From NCBI RefSeq assembly GCF_001194135.2, contig NC_068992.1, positions 10,113,329-10,169,819 of the forward strand: a stretch of DNA of 56,491 bases. Direction: 5' to 3'. Source of the stretch: Octopus bimaculoides. Lineage: Eukaryota. The position numbers and the translations under genes were made by a program. The notes under the pieces were generated by a model, which saw only the letters and a list, made by a program, of their open reading frames with translations, had not been told where the DNA came from and did not search any database. Of the stretch, positions 25,360 to 36,155 are shown in pieces. Each line of letters opens with the position of its first letter. Positions within the stretch are counted from its first letter, which is position 1.

Positions 25360-25700
25360 TTTAATGAAGATTCTAGAATGGAGGTAAAACGCATTAAGAA
25401 AAGAAAATTCGAATGATGGATGTGCTGCGTGGACCCGGATGGAAGGAATATGTTCCTTGCTACTTCAGAGAAACAAAGGGTACTGTAGAAGAGAAAAAGA
25501 GACGATGGCCGGCTGTTGGTGAGTTGCTTTTTGTAGCAAGCCACCGATCAGGCGAATAGATTTCGTTTTTCTAGACGTGATAGAAGATGCTTGTGAGGGC
25601 AAAGTCTGAGATCTGTGAGACAAGTACTCCAGCGAAGAACACTGTAAAGTAATGAGATTGATTTAAGAAGCTGAAATTTGTGTCTCCCAGGTTTTATCAA
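25360..25700 (+). mobile_element. Possible RTE RT C-terminal relic
   Basis: *WMCCV (cf. RWMCNV) and DLRS*NL near the end; heavily decayed. Confidence 0.3.
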
Positions 25701-26162
25701 GCAAGTGACTGTAGGGGAAAAATCCCAAATAACTCTTCTTAGGACTGCTTGCCCTTTAAACGAGGATGAGGGTGAAAATACTAACCGGTGCAAAATTTCT
25801 GTGAGGATTAGCGTTTACAGGTATTCTAAACTTTGAAAGAGACTGTGTCCGACGCAAAAAAAAAAAAAATGTTATAAGACTCCAGTGTGTCTAACACACT
25901 CGACCTTTGTAGAGAGTTAACAGCTATTCAGAAATGAAGTATTTCTTTGAACTAAGATGAAGCACACTTTTGGTGATGTAAGTAGGGATGGGAGACATGA
26001 AGTTTTGCAAGTATAGGAATGTTTATTTTGTATGTGTGACGTTCTATAGAATGACATACGTAGTGTTACGAATTTTGTACGAAATTGCCAATATTGCCTA
26101 CGTGAGGTTATTAAGTTCATCTGCGTGTCATTGAAAAAGTTGTACATCTATCATTTCCACAT

Positions 26163-26430
26163 TTGTACATGTAAAGTTGCCAATTTTATATAAGTGACAT
26201 TGCTAACTTTGTATGTGTCCTTATCAGTTTTGTATATGAGATGTTGCCATCTTTGTATATGTGGGGTTCCTAATTTTGTTTATGTAACCTTGTCAGTTTT
26301 GTACATGTGAGTTTGCTAAGATTGTATATATGTGGAATTTCCAATTTTGTGTATGTGGGTTGCCTATTTTGTATATGTAACGTTGCTAAGTTTGCATATG
26401 TGACATTGCTAATTTTCTATAGGTGAAACT
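26163..26430. repeat. Degenerate 23-bp minisatellite, ~12 units, consensus ~TTGTATATGTGACGTTGCCAATT
   Basis: Contiguous 21-25-nt units with no spacers. Confidence 0.85.
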
Positions 26431-27595
26431 GCCATTGGAGGTAGAGAAACCTACTATTTGTAGCAGCTTAGATTGCTCTTGTTTGTTTTGGTCGAAGTGC
26501 TGAAGTAGAGGAACAAATTTGTTTTCTTGAGATTTGTTAGTAACTGTCCTTTTCTGTTGCTGAAGGGGTTACTCATGTCTCGAATGGAGTAAATACGATT
26601 TCGATGTCTTTTGAAAAGTCAACACAAGATTACTGTTATTCATATTTAATATTATATAAACTTTAGGTTAATTCAAATATATTCATGAAATGTTTAACCA
26701 ATAAAGGCAAATTCTCAGTAGTTCACCGTGAAGAAAAAAAAAAAAAAATTGTCCCCTTAGATGCGTTTCTAGCTCCTTAGCCTTCCTCAGTATTAGAAAC
26801 CGAAGAACTGCTTTACACTGTTACTACTGTATTTGTTCTGACCAGGCGGTTCCCAAGCGCAACAGAGTCACTGATATTAATTGTTGTAAGGGGAAGCTGC
26901 GGCTTTATAATCTGTGAGTGAATGCACCCCCCCCCCACATATATAGTATATATAATTATCTGTATGTATCTATGCATGTGTGTATGTGTGTGTGTGTGTG
27001 TGTGTGTGCATATATATATATCGTATCAATATGTGCGTATGAGTGTATGATTTTCAGAAACACATGGTAGCATTTTATTTCCATGAAAACACCTACTTTT
27101 CAAGATCCTAAATTAAGCGCTTAGTAAAATAGCTATAGTTATGGTATTAATTTCTCAATTAGCATGTATATATATACACTCATTCATGTATGTAGTACGC
27201 AATTGAAATACGTTTTCTCTTCCTGATTCAAATATTAAAGTCAATCATGACAAACCACCTGCGCAAAGGTAAGCTTTTAGAGAATAAAATGACTCATTAC
27301 ATTTTAATAAAATCTTGTACTTATTTGTTGAATCAGATTATCTGCCACACTTATGAACTATGGATCTGTGTTCTTTCACTAAGAATGAAAATTGAACCAT
27401 ATTTTGAACGAGGCAAATTCGCATAGATACTTTGGCTCCAATAATAGCGAGTACAGAGATGAAAATAAAGGTAATTTTTGGTAGTGGATTTGCAATCTCT
27501 TTAGCTATAGTGCATAAAAGTATATGTATGTATACATGTAATTATGTATGTATGAACGAATGTATGTTTGTATGTAAGTATATACGTGTTTATGT

Positions 27596-27835
27596 GGAAG
27601 CGTGTGGCTTAGTGGTTAAGGTACTGAACTCATGATCGTAAGATTGCGGTTTCGATTCCGTGACCGGGTGATGCGCTATGTTCTTGAGTAAAATATTTCA
27701 TTTGACATTGCTCTACTCCTCTCAGCTGACAAGAATGAGTGTTCCTGCGACGGTGTCCCCTCCAGGGAAGGGTTTGAATATATGCGCGACAGAAACTGGC
27801 CCCAAAAAGTCTATATCGTCCGGGAAGGATCTTTA
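27596..27835 (+). mobile_element. SINE with family D head and an alternative 3' module
   Basis: Box A TGGCTTAGTGG (27605-27615), box B GGTTTCGATTCC; after AATGAGT it diverges from the 50623 copy. Confidence 0.8.
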
Positions 27836-28642
27836 TAATTTTGTATACACACACACACACACATGCACACACACTTGCGCGCGTGAGCACACACATACAC
27901 ACGTATATATAAATATATGCTATCAATCAATCTATCTATCTATCTATCTATCTGTCTGTCTGTCTGTCTGTCTAAACATCTATCTATATGAGCATGTGTT
28001 TATATACGCTGGAATGTTTTTATGGTTCTGCTAATAATTACTTGCTCGGTGAACAACGAAACTGAAAACGTTGACTTACATATTCATCCTTAATACATTC
28101 CAGCAGATTCGGTTAGCAGATATCAGCACGTAACAACGAATAATTTGTTCGTTTAAGTTATAAGCAAGTGCCACAAACTCTTGCTAGACTCCTTAGTCTG
28201 TGTTAACTTTGACTAAGGGGACGCAACAATGTCGAAACACCAGATGTCCCGAAGTTTCCTTACGCTACTGAACACACAAACATTTGAAAAGAAAGGAGTT
28301 GTTCTCTAATGACGAAATATAACATCGATATGCATATTCACGTTCGAATTTGCCGGAACTTATTAAGAATGAATATGCAAGTTATCACCTTCTCAGTATA
28401 GTTATTATGTCTCCTGGAATGTGTCGCATTTACCAGAGCAAGCAGTTTCACGTGATGTATAGTCATAACCATGACAGATCGAATTTCTTTACATTCACAG
28501 AGCTAACAAAGCCGTCGATATACTACACTGATTAAATGATACTACATTGTATCATTTAAGCAAGACACTTTTTGATGTTTACATTACAATGTACAAGTAG
28601 CAGTGCTCGAATTTATCCGGGTTTATTATTATCTACAGTATA

Positions 28643-29027
28643 AAGGCGGTGAGCTGGCAGAATCGTTAGAGTATTACTTTCCGACTCTTAACATCCCGTG
28701 GTCAAATCCTGCCGAGCTCAGCTTTGCCATTCGTCTCTCCGGACTTCATAAAAGTAAGTACCGGTCAAGTATTGCGGTCAGTGGTAGCGACTTAATCTCC
28801 CTTCTCTTAAATTGCTGGCTTTCAGCCTTGAGCTGCTAGAATGGTCAACAAGTTGGACAAAATTCTTTGCGGCAAAATGTCTGTCCTTATGTTCTGTGTT
28901 CAAATTCCGCCGAGGTCAACTTTGCCTTTTATTCTTTGGAAGTCGATAAAATGAGTACCAGTTGTGCACTGAGGTGGATGTAATCGACTTAACCCTTCTT
29001 AACCTGCCAAAAGTTGATATATTATTA

Positions 29028-29066
<39 letters not shown>
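28643..29066 (+). mobile_element. Two tandem SINE family A copies plus (TTA)n tail
   Basis: AAGGCGGTGAGCTGGCAGAATCGTTAG at 28643; second body with TTCTGTGTTCAAATTCCGCCGAGGTCAAC at ~28890. Confidence 0.8.
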
Positions 29067-29099
29067 GGATGGTAACATTCTCTGCCTCAGTGACTGGCT

Positions 29100-29420
29100 G
29101 TGGATGGTGTTCGTACAAATTCTTCGGGTACGGGATATCATAGTGACGCATCCTATTTAATGCACTCTGTTTCATGTCAATTTCCTTTTCTCTATGTTCA
29201 CATCGAGTTCACTTAAATTACAGTTGATGACGTTAAGGCCATACTGGACAACTGTACCGCCAGGTAGTTTATAACTTCAGTTCTGTTCTGGGCGTTCAGT
29301 TCAGTATTCAGGACTACTCTGACACGTCTATAATACTCTTTACTACTACTCCACACAGTTTCTCTTCTCCGTCCCAAATCCCTGTTAGGTTTATTATGTC
29401 TATATTTTATTAAGGTTTTC
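29100..29420 (-). mobile_element. R4/Dong RT C-terminal (thumb) fragment
   Basis: KEYYRRVRVVLNTELNAQNRTEVINYLAV matches the R4-clade pattern KEY.RRVR.IL.TELN..N...AIN..AV. Confidence 0.8.
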
Positions 29421-29469
29421 ACTGGGACATTCCATCAGCCCTACTTTTTATTATGAGTGGTCATAATAT

Positions 29470-29610
29470 ATATATACGACAGGCTTCTTCCAGTTACCCT
29501 CTAACGAAACCACTGATAAGCCCTTGGTTGGTCTGGGCTATAGTTGAAGACACACAGTGGAATTGAACCTAGAACCATGTGGTTGGGAAGCAAAATTCTT
29601 ACCTCAAACC
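29470..29610 (-). mobile_element. SINE family B fragment
   Basis: CGACAGGCTTCTT...GGGCTATAGTTGAAGACAC...GAACCATGTGGTTGGGAAG. Confidence 0.75.
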
Positions 29611-29830
29611 CATGTCTGCGTATCAGAAAAATATGGTAACCTAAGAAGTGGCTCCTTTTTCGAAGCAATAGGATCACGATCTGGTGTCAATTCCTCGTTA
29701 TTGCTCATCTGCGCATACTTGAAGAATAATAATTACTTAATCATACCACTTAACCACACCTTTGAGAGGGTCTAATGTCATAACAACCCGTTCACGTATC
29801 CGGATATACCACACACATACATATATATAT

Positions 29831-29863
<33 letters not shown>

Positions 29864-30026
29864 NNNNNNNNNNNNNNNNNNNNNNNNNNNNNNNNNNNNN
29901 NNNNNNNNNNNNNNNNNNNNNNNNNNNNNNNNNNNNNNNNNNNNNNNNNNNNNNNNNNNNNNNNNNNNNNNNNNNNNNNNNNNNNNNNNNNNNNNNNNNN
30001 NNNNNNNNNNNNNNNNNNNNNNNNNN

Positions 30027-30073
<47 letters not shown>

Positions 30074-30949
30074 TGTATATGTATGTTTGTATGCATGATA
30101 GCTGCACCTACCCGGTTATTCTAGGCTTATCGAGTTTAATGCTTAACACACTTCAATTAAAATGTAACAATTACCTCCCGGATATCAATATATAACGAAA
30201 GTAACATTCTGTTCTTTTTATTTGATATGTTTGAAATTTTCACTAATATGCAATATCTTGAATTAATATAGAAACCCACAGACAGTTTAAAATTTGATAT
30301 TTTCGTTGCTCTAACTGATTAGTATATTTTTTTCCGGAGTACTCCAAATGACATTAAGGTTTTATTGTACAAGCGAACATATATGTAATGCAACCGCTAT
30401 GTTACGGAGACGTAAGCAAAATAAAAAAAAAATATCGGCGTGTGGACGAATACAGAAATATACATACACATCCCTGCATATATGAATCAATAGAATGATA
30501 AGATTTGGAATAGAACTCCCTAGAAAATATTCCCTGATTCATGATTCTGGATATGCCTAGAGAGGCGTTTCACCTTTATCGTAACAAAACATGAGAGGAA
30601 AGGCTTTCTGCTTCAGAGGAGCGTCACCCATGTCTGTGTTGCCAGAAATTTTTAGCGTGAAGGTAAAAAGTACCTCTCATTGGATTACTTCTACAATCTA
30701 AGTACTGGCAATAACAACGTACCTGATGCACAAATGATAAAACGTAACGGTAACGAGATAAAGCACTTAGATGCGGGGTCGGCTGAAGGTACCGGTAACT
30801 CGGGGCACCATGTGCTAGGGGACGTCAAGGAGGGCGTGACAAACACAAGGAAATTTCCACGACTATCACCTTGTACACGCCGAAGTTGAGCTTACTCGGG
30901 GCGCCATCAACCCAAGGGCTGGCCCTGCCGAGTTGTAACAACTGGTACA

Positions 30950-31550
30950 CATTCCTATACATCAACGTCAGCAATGTTCACGCTTACATAGAGGATACTA
31001 GTTCTCATTGCTTCCTGTCATTCTGAGACAGAGCGTCATCAATATGTTGTTTAGACAACTCATACCAAATCAGCATTGATTCTGTGAACAGAGACCTCGG
31101 AAACCTCTACCAATAGGTTCGTGTCAATCTTATCTGCTTCAATGTCTCAAAGAAATAACCATCATTCATGTCAAGAAAGCAATCTTAAATATCAATAGCA
31201 TCCAACTAGAAGACTCAACGTCGTTGCAAATAGCAAATCTCATTATCACCGAAGATCTCCCACGACAAACATACATCCTCAACATAACAAAGATTGTATC
31301 TCAGAGCCTTGGCTTCCCTTTTAGAGCCAGAACAGTCTTCAGTCCATAATGACCACTAAACTTCTACAAATGACAGGTAAGAACTGCAATTAAGCACTTT
31401 CCCGACACATGGGTTGGTGCAGATGCTACACATAAAGACAACTTAGACCATATCCGAAGCAGAAGATCCGGAATAATTGTCTAGAAGTCATTTGCTAACA
31501 GACGCCGACACTTAGCGTACAGACATGCTGTTTCCCCTCTCTGCCTTTTC
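30950..31550 (+). mobile_element. CR1-type LINE RT C-terminal relic (second CR1 family)
   Basis: FLYIN..HAYIEDT (YADDT decayed), SVNRDLGNLYQ*VRVNLICFNVSK, ITEDL....ILNITKIVSQSLGF.FRAR, LAYRHAVSPLCLF; cut by a family A SINE. Confidence 0.75.
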
Positions 31551-31784
31551 TTATTTTTTTTATTGCACACAAGGGGGCTAAACAGAGAGGGGGCAAACAA
31601 GGACAGACAGAGGGATTAAGTCGATTACATCGACCCCAGTGCGCGACTGGTACTTAATTTATCGACTCCGAAAGGATGAAAGGCAAAGTCAACCTCGGCG
31701 GAATTTGAACTCAGAATGTAGCGGCAGACGAAGTAGCGCTAAGCATTTCGCCTGGCGTGCTAACGATTCTGCCAGCTCGCCGCC
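31551..31784 (-). mobile_element. SINE family A with variant 3' tail
   Basis: Well-preserved head and centre; tail CTGTCCTTGTTTG...GCCCCCTTGTGTGCAATAAA instead of GGCCTTGTGCC..AGTAGAAAG. Confidence 0.9.
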
Positions 31785-31999
31785 AAAATGCAGGAGATAT
31801 TGGATGACATGATCCTAAATTCGGTCGGTTTCAAGTAATATTTAAAAAAAAAACAAAAACAAAGACGAAAACAAAAAATATAAAACGAAGTGAAAAACAA
31901 ATAGGCGTCATGGGTGGAAGGTCTTTGATCATAAGCTGGTCAATCGGTTCACCTCTGGTTAAACTACAACAACAACAACAACGTGACCATCTGCACCAT

Positions 32000-32034
32000 G
32001 CGATCATCATCAATCATCAGTCAACATCACCATC

Positions 32035-32068
<34 letters not shown>

Positions 32069-32620
32069 TCATCATCCCCAATAACAATATCATCACCCTC
32101 GTCATCATCATCACCACCACCACAACCACCACAATACCACCACCACCACCACCACCACTACCAATACGATCTCGGCTGCTATAATCACAATCATCATCAT
32201 CATCATCATCATCATCAATAACAATATCATCATCCTCGTCGTCATCATCACCACCACCACCACCACCACCACCACAATACCACCAACACCTCTGTCATCG
32301 TCATCATCATCATCATCACAATCATCGCCATCTTCATCGTCAATACCATTTTCTCCGCCCATCGCCAGTAGCTCTGGCTGTACCGCCTTCCTCCTTCTCC
32401 TCCGCCTCCACCCCTTTTCCTCCCTTTCTCTCCCCATCCTCCCTCCATTCCCTTTTACCATTTCTCTGCTTCCACTCCTTATAATACATCTTGTTTTTAT
32501 GGTTTCTTCTCGCTTTCTTTCATTCCCTCTCTCATACTCTCTGTCTTTCTGTTTCTGTCTGACTCTTTCTCTCATGTTCTCTATATCTCTCCCTCTCTCA
32601 CGCTCTCTCTCTCTCTCTTT

Positions 32621-32656
<36 letters not shown>

Positions 32657-32663
32657 TCTCTCT
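32000..32663. repeat. (CAT)n/(CAC)n field, then C/T-rich and (CT)n tracts into a gap
   Basis: Directly visible. Confidence 0.95.
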
Positions 32664-32897
32664 NNNNNNNNNNNNNNNNNNNNNNNNNNNNNNNNNNNNN
32701 NNNNNNNNNNNNNNNNNNNNNNNNNNNNNNNNNNNNNNNNNNNNNNNNNNNNNNNNNNNNNNNNNNNNNNNNNNNNNNNNNNNNNNNNNNNNNNNNNNNN
32801 NNNNNNNNNNNNNNNNNNNNNNNNNNNNNNNNNNNNNNNNNNNNNNNNNNNNNNNNNNNNNNNNNNNTCTTTCAAAGAATTCTCTGATATTCTTTCT

Positions 32898-32959
<62 letters not shown>

Positions 32960-32985
32960 AAATAATAATAATAACAATGATGATG
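32898..32985. repeat. (AAT)n microsatellite
   Basis: Directly visible. Confidence 0.97.
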
Positions 32986-33480
32986 ATAGAAATTCTAGAA
33001 ATTGTAGGAGGTTGATACGTAACGCGAGTAAAGTACTTAATGTGTTCGTCCTATTTCATTTTCGTAAATGCATAGGTACGTATACCTGTATGTGTGTGTG
33101 CGCGAGCGCACGCGCGCGTGTCTAATGGTGCGTGCAGATATACATAGACACACATATAAACAAAGTTATATGAGGTCGAGGTCTCTCTCAGTCTTTCTTG
33201 CTTTACACCCCACCACACACACACACACACACATATATATATACAGAAAGAGAGAAAGAAAAAAGAGAGCGACCACACAATTTTGTTTATAACATGTATA
33301 GATATATATATACATGTGTGTGTGTGTGTGTGTGTGTTGTGTGCATGTAAATACTTCCATTCGCATTGTTACGATTCTGTTTCGAAGGAATTACCTGACA
33401 TTCGAAACTGTTTGAAATTCCTTGTCGATATTTTCCAAAGTATTAAGAGCAGAAGTTAAAACAAACGAAGAACAATTAAA

Positions 33481-33723
33481 TAATAATAATAATAATGATG
33501 ATAATAATAATAATAATCCTTTCTACTATAAGTACAAGGCCTGAAATCTTGTGGGAGGCGGGATAGTCGATTACATCGACCCCAGTACTCAACTGGCACT
33601 TAATTTATCGACCCCAAAAGGATGAAAAGCAAAGTCGACCTCGGCGGAATTTGAACTCAGAACGTAGCGGTAGACGAAACACCGCTAAGCATTTCGCCCG
33701 GCGTGCTAACGATTCTGCCGGCT
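33481..33723 (-). mobile_element. SINE family A
   Basis: Well-preserved reverse copy with (TAA)n tail; head abuts family E. Confidence 0.9.
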
Positions 33724-34235
33724 TCTGATGTTAACTGATTGGGAGTGCTATCATGTACATTGTTTTGTCTTGGTATAAAAAGATGGGCTACAGCAAATAT
33801 TCTGCTCAATATCACAGATTTGCTTGTCAGTTGTTTGACCTTAACCAGTTGAGCATGTTTCTTAGTGGCTGATCATATGTGCATCTCTGATCACGAGCAG
33901 AAGTAGTGAGTGAGCATCAGAGTCTTATGTTGCGAGGAATTCTTTGGGGTTTAGAGAATTCACCTTTGGAAACATGGGTGTTTCGTTCAACATCCTTAAA
34001 CAACCCTTATTCAGGGACCTTTTGAGCGGGATGGGCTACTCGATCTGAAGAAAATTCTAACTAGGCCCCATCTGCAAGGTTATGCACTGTTTATCGTGAT
34101 ATGAGATCACCATGTCATACACGTATGGCTGTGATGTATGTGCCAGGTGTACTCTTATCAGACGGGTAATCATAATGATTATACTGGACTTCGTACCTCA
34201 GTGTCACTCTGATGGCAAGCATTGCTCTTTCAGTC

Positions 34236-34286
<51 letters not shown>

Positions 34287-34300
34287 TATTATTATTATTA
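33724..34300 (+). mobile_element. Retroposon family E, longest copy (~510 bp) plus (AAT)n tail
   Basis: 3' 120 nt match the three minus-strand copies; no recognisable ORF. Confidence 0.75.
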
Positions 34301-34859
34301 TTTAAAATTTTAGTACAAGTTCAACAATTTCGGGGAGGTTGCGTAATTCGATTCTTCATTTTATCGACTCTGAAAAGATGAGTCAAATTCGACCTCGGCG
34401 GAATTTGAACACAGAACGTAAAGACCTCTAANNNNNNNNNNNNNNNNNNNNNNNNNNNNNNNNNNNNNNNNNNNNNNNNNNNNNNNNNNNNNNNNNNNNN
34501 NNNNNNNNNNNNNNNNNNNNNNNNNNNNNNNNNNNNNNNNNNNNNCCCACTCTCACCTCCCCACATCCACCCCTTGCTTTCCCCACTTTCACCTCCCACA
34601 CTTTCACCTCCCCCACATCCCAACACTACCACACCACCCACCACCACACCACACAACACCATACCACACAATACCACATCACATCACACCACCATGCACA
34701 CACTAGCACTGACCACTTCCCAGCACCCACACCATCACAGGCACACACGCACACGTCAGGGTCATCAGCCCTCTTCCACACGCACATACATGCTCTCTTA
34801 TACATACGCACGCGCATCTTCGTTTTGGGATCACCACTACTTTATTATCTCTCCTTCTT

Positions 34860-35046
34860 CCTAGCTCTCCTGTGTGACCCCTCTGTCAGGCATTCGCCAT
34901 GATAGATCGCTAGCCACTACACATTCTTTATTTTCTCTCCTCGTTTCTTTCTGTGTTCCTTTCTGTGGAGGAGCGTAGGCTCGAAGCATTAAAGACTTTT
35001 TCACTTTCCGAGCGTTAAACTAATACATCCGTTTGTTGTCTACACC
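34860..35046 (+). mobile_element. Penelope-like element terminal-repeat fragment with hammerhead-like motif
   Basis: CTTT-CTGTGGA-G-GAGC-GTAG-GCTC-GAAGC-ATT-AAAG at 34959-34994 in a T-rich context; truncated by a gap. Confidence 0.5.
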
Positions 35047-35433
35047 NNNNNNNNNNNNNNNNNNNNNNNNNNNNNNNNNNNNNNNNNNNNNNNNNNNNNN
35101 NNNNNNNNNNNNNNNNNNNNNNNNNNNNNNNNNNNNNNNNNNNNNNNNNNNNNNNNNNNNNNNNNNNNNNNNNNNNNNNNNNNNNNNNNNNNNNNNNNNN
35201 NNNNNNNNNNNNNNNNNNNNNNNNNNNNNNNNNNNNNNNNNNNNNNNNNNNNNNNNNNNNNNNNNNNNNNNNNNNNNNNNNNNNNNNNNNNNNNNNNNNN
35301 NNNNNNNTGTCATCTGTTGATGGTGGTGTAGCGTCTACTGTGGTTGCAGAGGTCCACACGAGGGTGGTTGTCACGCATACAGTGACTGCATTTGAAGGAA
35401 CTCTCTACTGGCGCTACCGATTATATATATATG

Positions 35434-35493
<60 letters not shown>

Positions 35494-36103
35494 GACATAT
35501 ACATATGAAATATAACGCATGTATAAATCGAGAGAGAGGGAGAGAGAGATAAGGGAAGAGAGAGAGAGCGCGAGGAAGGAAAAGAGATAGGCTCGTATAT
35601 TCATATACATACGTACATGCATTTACAAATTCATATATTTGTACCATCTTTCATACATACATACGTATATACATACATGGACAAACGTAAATACATACAT
35701 ACAAGCGTACATACATGCATACATGTTTACATTCGACACATATTAAATAACCTCAAACAATTCTCAGTATAAAAAACCGAACATAACAAATGTGAACTGT
35801 TATTCAGTTGACTTCATGGATAGATTGTTTTCCTTGTGGAAGTTTCATGTTCGGCATTAGTGTCTTAGCACACATCTTTGGTAAACTATGGCAATGCAAT
35901 TGTAAAAAGATCTGGGCAGAAGTCTAAAAATAAACTCTAGTTTGTGAAATTTCTAAGAATATCTACTTTAACCTACTCAGTTTTCATTGCTAACTGATAA
36001 ATAATTTAGAAGTATAAGGTTTCCATACAACATCGTTTTAAACCAGCGTGAAATTTCAGTTAAAGATTTGGCTTGGGTATTTTTTGTTTATATTTTTTAT
36101 TGA

Positions 36104-36155
<52 letters not shown>

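Noticed and set aside
25410-25525. Open frame ending at a perfect donor (G|GTGAGT)
   Set aside because: No acceptor, and the region looks like an RTE relic in another frame.
26163-26430. CRISPR-like periodicity
   Set aside because: Units are contiguous and degenerate with no unique spacers, no cas genes, and the context is eukaryotic.
27241-27268. 28-nt segment before AAG|GTAAGC
   Set aside because: Weak acceptor, not frame-preserving, no partner exons; isolated donors are expected by chance in 56 kb.
27596-27670. tRNA gene (also the heads at 23423, 39800, 50623)
   Set aside because: Box A/B are present but there is no full cloverleaf, and each continues into SINE body sequence.
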